Origin: Nitrospinota bacterium
Lineage (GTDB): Bacteria > Nitrospinota > Nitrospinia > Nitrospinales > VA-1
Assembly (NCBI GenBank): GCA_009873655.1
Contig: WAIB01000001.1
Span: 2,237-66,236 of the forward strand
Direction: 5' to 3'
Length of the DNA: 64,000 nucleotides
The position numbers and the translations under genes were made by a program. Shown piece after piece: positions 58,007-64,000 of the stretch. Within the stretch, counting starts at the first letter, position 1, and every line of letters starts with the position of its first letter. A model generated the notes under the pieces. It saw only the letters and a list, made by a program, of their open reading frames with translations, ran no database searches and was not told the DNA's origin.

Positions 58007-58357
58007 ATGAAATCTCTCGCATCAGTAACTGACAACGATATAGAAACAATCAAAATGGCTCTAAACGATTCCATTTCTGATATGACCAGTGAACTCAAAA
58101 ACGACCTGAGCCCGGAGCAAAAAAACTCACTGATAAATTATAAGGAAAAATATTCGCGCGTTTTTGACAAACTCAAAGCCAACGGTTCGATGTACGCTTT
58201 GACCGAGACAGATCTGGACATTGTTGCAGGCGGACTAAACGATGCCATAGAATTGATAGAAGACAATCTCACAGACGACTTGAGCGAAGAAGAAAGCGAG
58301 GAGATTCTGGCGTATAAGAACGATTGCCAGCGTCTCGTGGATTTGCTGGCAAATTAA
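58007..58357 (+). CDS. hypothetical acidic helical protein
   Basis: ORF only. Asp/Glu/Leu-rich. No family recognised and no clear RBS. Confidence 0.4.
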   Translation: MKSLASVTDNDIETIKMALNDSISDMTSELKNDLSPEQKNSLINYKEKYSRVFDKLKANGSMYALTETDLDIVAGGLNDAIELIEDNLTDDLSEEESEEILAYKNDCQRLVDLLAN

Positions 58358-58364
58358 AACCTCC

Positions 58365-58595
58365 CTATCGTAAAAAATTAACGTAGTAGCCGTAGTAAAA
58401 CATCCAGCCTGTAATGCCCGTACCTGCTACCATGCAGAGTATCCAGCCTGTTTTGCTGTCCTTTTTAACACTTCCCTTATCTTCATACATCCATGCTGAA
58501 TGCACCAGCATTCCCATAAAGAATGAAATCACAAAAAAGGACAGAACCAAAATAAGGATCATGAACCCCGAAAAATCTGTAGACTGAATACTCAT
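58365..58595 (-). CDS. hypothetical small membrane protein (two TM helices)
   Basis: ORF with two hydrophobic helices. ATGA overlap with the upstream small membrane ORF. Confidence 0.45.
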   Translation of the reverse strand: MSIQSTDFSGFMILILVLSFFVISFFMGMLVHSAWMYEDKGSVKKDSKTGWILCMVAGTGITGWMFYYGYYVNFLR

Positions 58596-58816
58596 AATAA
58601 AAAACCGGACTGGGAGATCCCCAGATAAGCAAGGAGCCAGGCAATAGCCAAAACTCCTCCAATTATCGCCCCAAATGCAGCGGCGACTTTAACAAACACA
58701 CCAAAAATTTCTTTTCCTGTCTGTTTTTTTGTCCAGAAACTGATTGCAAGGGTCAAAACCCCAATTATAACAGTAGTGCCAATATAATATCGTGGAGACA
58801 TACTCAGAAATCGCAA
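58592..58816 (-). CDS. hypothetical small membrane protein (two TM helices)
   Basis: ORF with two hydrophobic helices, 39 nt downstream of pyk on the same strand. Confidence 0.45.
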   Translation of the reverse strand: MRFLSMSPRYYIGTTVIIGVLTLAISFWTKKQTGKEIFGVFVKVAAAFGAIIGGVLAIAWLLAYLGISQSGFLL

Positions 58817-58855
58817 TTATTGTTTAACTTTATTTTCAAAAATTCGAGTTTGCAG

Positions 58856-60286
58856 TCAGGGAACTTCTTCCACGCGAATAATATTTGTCCAATTTGGGAT
58901 GCCTACCGGGATCCCGGTGGTAATCACAACCCGGTCCCCTTTTTTCAATTGCTTTCTTTTTTTCAGCATAATAATAAGCTGTTCCATATGCAGCAACAAA
59001 TGTTTGTCCTCTTCCACCACAATAGGTACCGTGCCCCGGATTAAATTCAGCAAACGGGCTCGATGCAGGCTGGGGGTGAAGGCAAAAACGGGAACCATCG
59101 GCTTTGCGCTTGCCACCATTTTAGCCGTCCCTCCACTATGAGTGAAAACCACAATGGCGCTGGCATTGAGCAATTCAACCATTCTATTCGCTGAATAGGT
59201 TATCCCGGCATTTATAGTGGGTTCTCCTTCAAAAAACTTGTTCCAAGGTTCTATGGTTCGGGTTCCGGCCAAATAAGATTCGATATTCAATGCCGTATCC
59301 ACCATCACTTCGACAGCCGCCCCTGCATGCTTTCCTACCGCTGTTTCCCCGGACAGCATAATTGCATCTGCACAATCCATAACGGCATTGGCCACATCAG
59401 AAACCTCGGCACGGGTAGGTCGAGGATTTTCAATCATCGATTCCAGCATTTGGGTTGCCACAATAACGGGTTTCGAGTGTTTTGCGCCTACCCTGAGAAT
59501 TCGCTGTTGAACCACTGGAACTTCGGTTAGAGAAACCTCTATCCCCAGGTCCCCTCGGGCCACCATGACCCCATCCGCTTCCTCAATAATTTCTTCAAGA
59601 TTGTTTACAGCCTGCTTACGTTCAATTTTTGCAATGACCTCAATGCCTTCACTACCCTGCTTCCTGATCAACCCTTTCAATCTCTTGACATCCTGGGCGG
59701 AACCTGTGAAAGACAAGGCTATCAGATCAACTCCTTCCTGAATTCCGAATTTCAGATCGGCTTTATCCTTTGCGGTTATAGGGTCCGCACTCAGTTTGGA
59801 GTCTGGGAGATTAATTCCCTTATGATCAGAAAGTTTTCCTCCCGTTTGGATTTCCACCTCAACCCTTTTACCCGCGACCTGTTTTACCACACCGCTCAGC
59901 TTGCCATCGTCCAGAAAAATCCGTCCTCCTTTTGATACCTCTTTATGGAATTGCTGGTACTGGACCGGGACCAGGGTTTCATCCCCCACCTTATTTTCAG
60001 TGGTAAACGTAAGTCTTTGCCCTCGCTTGAGATGAATGGACCCTTCTTTGAATTTTCCTACCCTGATTTTTGGCCCTTGCAGGTCTAACAGAATCCCCAC
60101 ATAAGAATGATGTTCCGCTTCAACCTCGCGAATCCATTGAATCCACTGTCGAACTGTTTCATGAGTTCCATGCGAAAGATTGAGTCTGAAAATGTTCACC
60201 CCTTTTGCCACAAGACTTTTTATCGTTTTTTTGTTTGCACTTGCAGGCCCTAAAGTTGCGATTATTTTTGTGAGTCGATTAGCCAT
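58856..60286 (-). CDS. pyk: pyruvate kinase
   Basis: TKIIATLGPAS, MVARGDLGIE and TQMLESM motifs. About 476 aa. Confidence 0.95.
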   Translation of the reverse strand: MANRLTKIIATLGPASANKKTIKSLVAKGVNIFRLNLSHGTHETVRQWIQWIREVEAEHHSYVGILLDLQGPKIRVGKFKEGSIHLKRGQRLTFTTENKVGDETLVPVQYQQFHKEVSKGGRIFLDDGKLSGVVKQVAGKRVEVEIQTGGKLSDHKGINLPDSKLSADPITAKDKADLKFGIQEGVDLIALSFTGSAQDVKRLKGLIRKQGSEGIEVIAKIERKQAVNNLEEIIEEADGVMVARGDLGIEVSLTEVPVVQQRILRVGAKHSKPVIVATQMLESMIENPRPTRAEVSDVANAVMDCADAIMLSGETAVGKHAGAAVEVMVDTALNIESYLAGTRTIEPWNKFFEGEPTINAGITYSANRMVELLNASAIVVFTHSGGTAKMVASAKPMVPVFAFTPSLHRARLLNLIRGTVPIVVEEDKHLLLHMEQLIIMLKKRKQLKKGDRVVITTGIPVGIPNWTNIIRVEEVP

Positions 60287-60295
60287 AATTTCTTC

Positions 60296-61114
60296 TCAGT
60301 CCTTTTTCGGGAAAAGAGAATAGCTCCTGGGAATTTCTCTAAAAGGCATCAGAAGTAAATTTTTCAGCGATACCTCATCACTTGTTCTGAATTGATCCAC
60401 ACCAATAATTATCTTGGGCTGTTCCCTTTTTGCTTCTTGAATATAAGTTCCCAATAACCGATCCCATATGGAAAGATTAAAGCCGAAGTTGGAATTGGTT
60501 TCCACTTTTTCAACCGAATGATGAATCCGGTGCATATCCGGAGTAACTATAATATATCGTAAAAAGTAATCCAGCTTTCCAGGCAAAGTGATATTTGAAT
60601 GGGAAAACTGCGCCATTCCATTCAACACCGCTTCAAAAAGGACAACCGCAAAAGGGGAAGGACCCAGAGCAAAAACCAGCCCTATTTTAAATAACATGGA
60701 ACCCAGAATTTCAATGGGGTGAAACCGCAAACCCGATGAGACATCCAAGTCCAGATCGGAATGATGGACCACATGAAACTGCCAGAAAAAAGGGATCACA
60801 TGGGAGACTACATGCTGGATGTAAATCATCAAATCCAGAATAATAACAGCGGCGACCACTTCCAGGCCGTGCCACCATTCAAAATAGTTGAACAGCCCCC
60901 AGCCTCTTTCCTCCGCAAACTGAGCCGCGCCGACTGCAGCCGCTCCAAACACCAGTCGTACGGCAAGAATATCTATTCCCGTCAACGCAAGATTGATTCC
61001 TAATCGTTTTTTTTTCGAATCTACGGTGGGGTGTCTTTGTATGATCGATTCCAACGCCAGCATCAGCAGGAATACCCCCAGAAAAACCGCAAACCGAATT
61101 TGTTGGATTTCCAT
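60296..61114 (-). CDS. fatty acid hydroxylase / sterol desaturase superfamily membrane protein
   Basis: Histidine boxes HVVSH, HVVHHS and HRIHHS within a polytopic protein. Confidence 0.8.
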   Translation of the reverse strand: MEIQQIRFAVFLGVFLLMLALESIIQRHPTVDSKKKRLGINLALTGIDILAVRLVFGAAAVGAAQFAEERGWGLFNYFEWWHGLEVVAAVIILDLMIYIQHVVSHVIPFFWQFHVVHHSDLDLDVSSGLRFHPIEILGSMLFKIGLVFALGPSPFAVVLFEAVLNGMAQFSHSNITLPGKLDYFLRYIIVTPDMHRIHHSVEKVETNSNFGFNLSIWDRLLGTYIQEAKREQPKIIIGVDQFRTSDEVSLKNLLLMPFREIPRSYSLFPKKD

Positions 61115-61173
61115 GATTACATTTTACTCTAATTCCCTACCCTTTGCATAAAGGGAATTCCTGTCTTTTCTCG

Positions 61174-62685
61174 TCACTGAATCTGGAGTTGCTGCCAGAA
61201 ACTCACTTTTTTGTTTGCATTTTTTTCTTTTTGTTTTCCATCCCAAAGAGCAAATGCAACCAAACCATTCATTGACTCTCTGAACTGGACGTCAAAAGGG
61301 CTGGCTGTTTTTAAATTCCTAAGTAAAACGACAGTCCACCCGCCATTTTTCCAAATTCCTTTACCCGTCACCTGCTGATCCTCCAGCGATTGAACCGTGA
61401 GCGCCCCGAAACCACTTGCATTCATTTCTTCGACGGATTTTTCGCTAAACGGGTTTACTGCGACCCATTTATTTTTTATCCGCAACCGGCCTTCTACCTT
61501 TTGAAAAGAGTCAGCTTTCCAATGCCAGATATTAACCGGCTTTTTTCTTTCTCCCATCCCGTAATAAATGGAATCGAATCCAGACCTGGAAGAAAACTGC
61601 AATGCCGCGGCATCCATATAAAAACGGGCCCCAGGTTCAGCCGTATCCGGGGTTTCGTCTTTCCACTGCAGCCGAAAAGCGATATGTTTAAAATCATGAA
61701 TGGACTGAATGTTGATAACAGCGGGCTTGCCTGAAGCAGATTTCAACGCCCTTAGCTTGACGGGGACACTTTTTATCCCTTGCCAGACAGGGGCTTCAGG
61801 CGACAGGCCGATTTTTTTCGATGTCGGGTAAGAAACGATTTTTTGCGACATCCGTAAAGGAGGAATCTCTTCACTTTTTTGCTGAGACTGAAGAAAATGA
61901 ACCAGGTGCCAGAGATCTTCTGATGCAACATAATCGTAGGCACTCATGGGTGTTCCATCCATACCTGTTACCAAAGTATGGTAAATCTCCTCAGAAGAAA
62001 AACCGGCTTTATACAACCCGGGTTTCTTGAGATCATAAACAACGGAGGGGTTCCCCCAGGCATCCGTCAGCTTATTTTCCAGACGCCCGGACCGCTCTCC
62101 TTTTTCACCGTGACACCTTCCGCACCTCAGTTCTTTATAAAGAACCTTTCCTTTATCTACGGAATGTTTTTCGTAGGGAGGCTCCAACCCGGCGGACATT
62201 TTAAAATCGGGTGTCTCGATTTGAAACCGGTCTGAGAAATATTTTATATATTCCACCAGGCTCATTAACGTTTCTTCAGCCAAAACGTCCCCCCATGCTG
62301 GCATCGCCGTTCCCGGGACCCCTTTTTTAATGGTTCGATACAAATCCTCATTTCGGGGAAGAGCATTACTGGGGGTGGATCGAAATTTAAAAATACCCAA
62401 AGAAAGGTCTCGAGGGAGAGGACGTAAATAAGAGGAGGCTTTACCATTCCCCTGACCATGCAAACCATGGCAATGAACACAAAACCGCAAGTAGGCTTTT
62501 TCGCCTTCTTTAATTCGTTCCACTTTTTCCTGAGCATCCCGGCCACGGGGTTCCGTCAACTCAATCAACCTTTCAATGGTCTTGGACTCGTTAGCAAAGA
62601 CCTGGGGAAAAAAAATTGAAAGAAAAAGAATCCCGTCAGGAATAATGACCGGCAAGATTTTGAAACCGGTAAGATCGAATAACAC
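61174..62685 (-). CDS. dihaem c-type cytochrome fused to a C-terminal EB_dh/DOMON-like haem-binding domain
   Basis: Two CxxCH motifs (CVHCH, CGRCH), each followed by a GTxMP(S/A) Met-ligand region. The C-terminal ~220 aa resembles the ethylbenzene-dehydrogenase-gamma-like domain (from recall, not verified). Confidence 0.65.
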   Translation of the reverse strand: MLFDLTGFKILPVIIPDGILFLSIFFPQVFANESKTIERLIELTEPRGRDAQEKVERIKEGEKAYLRFCVHCHGLHGQGNGKASSYLRPLPRDLSLGIFKFRSTPSNALPRNEDLYRTIKKGVPGTAMPAWGDVLAEETLMSLVEYIKYFSDRFQIETPDFKMSAGLEPPYEKHSVDKGKVLYKELRCGRCHGEKGERSGRLENKLTDAWGNPSVVYDLKKPGLYKAGFSSEEIYHTLVTGMDGTPMSAYDYVASEDLWHLVHFLQSQQKSEEIPPLRMSQKIVSYPTSKKIGLSPEAPVWQGIKSVPVKLRALKSASGKPAVINIQSIHDFKHIAFRLQWKDETPDTAEPGARFYMDAAALQFSSRSGFDSIYYGMGERKKPVNIWHWKADSFQKVEGRLRIKNKWVAVNPFSEKSVEEMNASGFGALTVQSLEDQQVTGKGIWKNGGWTVVLLRNLKTASPFDVQFRESMNGLVAFALWDGKQKEKNANKKVSFWQQLQIQ

Positions 62686-62775
62686 ACCGTTTTTTCCAAA
62701 GCAATTAGAGTCGTTACCCTAAATTATAAACGTGGATTAAATTATGGGTTAGGTAAAAACCGCTCGGTGGAAAAA

Positions 62776-63282
62776 TCAAGGTTGATCTTTTTTCTCAGCC
62801 TGTTCTTTTTCGAGTTGATATTGTTTGATTCTTGCTTCCGAATTCCGACGCATCAGAATAATACACGCTTCGGCCATCAACCCTATAAACCAGAAAGTAG
62901 TGAAAAATATGACCCATGCGAAGAACAGGTTGAACCAGTATTGGTTGGGTGTGTAATCGGTGGATATATGAATAAGTGCCCGCAAATCCGCTTTTTGAAC
63001 TTCCGTAGCCTTTACGTATTTCAAATAGAACGGGTGCTTTTTTTTATAAGCGAACGCGATCATTTCGTCACGTGGCAGGTCAATGAAGGTCATAACATCC
63101 CGATTATGCTCCTTGAAAAACATCCTCATTTTAACTACCGCAGGAGAGTCAGGAGGATTATCGTTGTAATACCAATAGACCACTACCGTGGTAAGAATTA
63201 TAGACACCCATAAAGAAATACGGCTGATCCATTTTTCCTTTTTATCCTCGATTTCCTGTGTTACTGGCTTTATTTCTTCCAT
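62776..63282 (-). CDS. hypothetical membrane protein
   Basis: Two hydrophobic helices flank a soluble loop. No family recognised. Confidence 0.45.
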   Translation of the reverse strand: MEEIKPVTQEIEDKKEKWISRISLWVSIILTTVVVYWYYNDNPPDSPAVVKMRMFFKEHNRDVMTFIDLPRDEMIAFAYKKKHPFYLKYVKATEVQKADLRALIHISTDYTPNQYWFNLFFAWVIFFTTFWFIGLMAEACIILMRRNSEARIKQYQLEKEQAEKKDQP

Positions 63283-63417
63283 TTCAAACCCGAATTAAAT
63301 TTACTACATTAAACATACCAGACCCTAAAAATGAATTCCAGTTGCAGTTTAACTTCTCCCTGATTAGTATGGTCTGGGCAATCCTGTTTCCGCTAAAAAA
63401 TCAATAAAAAGGGTTCA

Positions 63418-64000
63418 ATGCAAAACAAAAGTTCCATCGGCTATCTCCAACTGTTGCGGCAAAATGAATCCTTCCGCAACCTCTGGTTTGGACAAGTGGT
63501 ATCTGAATTGGGAGACTGGCTGAACAGCATTGCTATTTATGCGCTGATACTGAGGCTCAGTGATTCCGGGATGGCCATGGCCGGCGCCATGATGGCAAAA
63601 CTCCTTCCCATAGTTTTGATCAGTCCCATTGCCGGAGTCGTGGTAGATCGAATCAGCAGAAAAACCGTAATGATCGTCAGCGATTTGCTGCGGTTCGTGG
63701 TCGTGCTGGGATTCCTTCTTGTCGAAGACCAGAGCACCCTGTGGTTTATTTATGCCCTGGTTATTATAGAAATTTCTCTATCCGGTTTTTTTGAACCTGC
63801 AAGAAGCGCTATTATTCCTTCACTTGTTCCCAAGGAACACCTGGTAACAGCAAACGCACTGAGCGGTTCAACCTGGTCGGTCATGCTGGCTTTTGGGGCC
63901 GCCCTTGGGGGGGTGGTAGTGAGTCTTTTTGGTATTCGCGTTGCCTTCATGGTTGATTCCTGCACCTTCTTAATTTCCGCCTGGTTCATATCCAGAATTC
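63418..64000 (+). CDS. MFS transporter (MFS_3 / EntS-like), N-terminal part; runs off the 3' end of the window
   Basis: Hand translation from ATG 63418 gives MQNKSSIGYLQLLRQNESFRNLWFGQVVSELGDWLNSIAIYALIL ... open to nt 64000. The FRxLWxGQxxSxxGDW start is typical of this MFS subfamily. Absent from the ORF track because no stop is reached. Confidence 0.75.
   Translation, partial: MQNKSSIGYLQLLRQNESFRNLWFGQVVSELGDWLNSIAIYALILRLSDSGMAMAGAMMAKLLPIVLISPIAGVVVDRISRKTVMIVSDLLRFVVVLGFLLVEDQSTLWFIYALVIIEISLSGFFEPARSAIIPSLVPKEHLVTANALSGSTWSVMLAFGAALGGVVVSLFGIRVAFMVDSCTFLISAWFISRI

Noticed and set aside
63537-63989. Two minus-strand ORFs (66 and 79 aa) at the 3' edge.
   Set aside because: They are antisense to the MFS transporter frame, which is open for 194 codons and has a recognisable family N-terminus.

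Overview
This window looks like ordinary core chromosome from a diderm-type bacterium. I cannot assign the lineage from the sequence alone. I found no rRNA, CRISPR array, transposase, integrase or phage-like gene. Three housekeeping blocks dominate. (1) A complete division and cell wall (dcw) cluster, mraZ-rsmH-ftsL-ftsI-murE-murF-mraY-murD-ftsW-murG-murC-murB-ddl-ftsQ-ftsA-ftsZ, at 23.5-41.4 kb on the + strand. (2) A tightly packed System I cytochrome c maturation operon, ccmE-ccmF-ccmH-like-orf106-ccmA-ccmB-ccmD-ccmC-ccmG, at 23.0-16.8 kb on the - strand. (3) groES-groEL behind a CIRCE operator, followed by glgC, a DUF1343/NamZ-like gene, yqeY-dnaG-rpoD and a tRNA with anticodon CAT. The flanks carry proC, yggS, a divergent P-II protein, mutS2, tpx, an M16 protease, xth, an orphan oppD/oppF pair, queF, pyk, hsp20, a CheY-like receiver and a dihaem cytochrome c fusion. 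Both window edges cut genes: a larE-like gene at the 5' end, and an MFS transporter at the 3' end that the ORF track misses. I see no convincing novel defence or mobile system. The observations most worth a second look are: (a) the ccm operon combines a CxxxY-type CcmE (Cys replaces the haem-binding His) with a CcmH-like protein that has a five-Cys cluster instead of RCxxC, an untracked CcmD-like ORF and an unusual gene order; (b) a 377-codon same-strand alternate-frame ORF is almost exactly co-extensive with ftsW; (c) a degenerate PIN-like domain is fused to a DegT-type aminotransferase within a queF-ykgJ-DUF1566-HNH gene string; (d) phased GTGT repeats overlap the mraZ promoter. All family assignments come from motif recognition by eye, not from searches.
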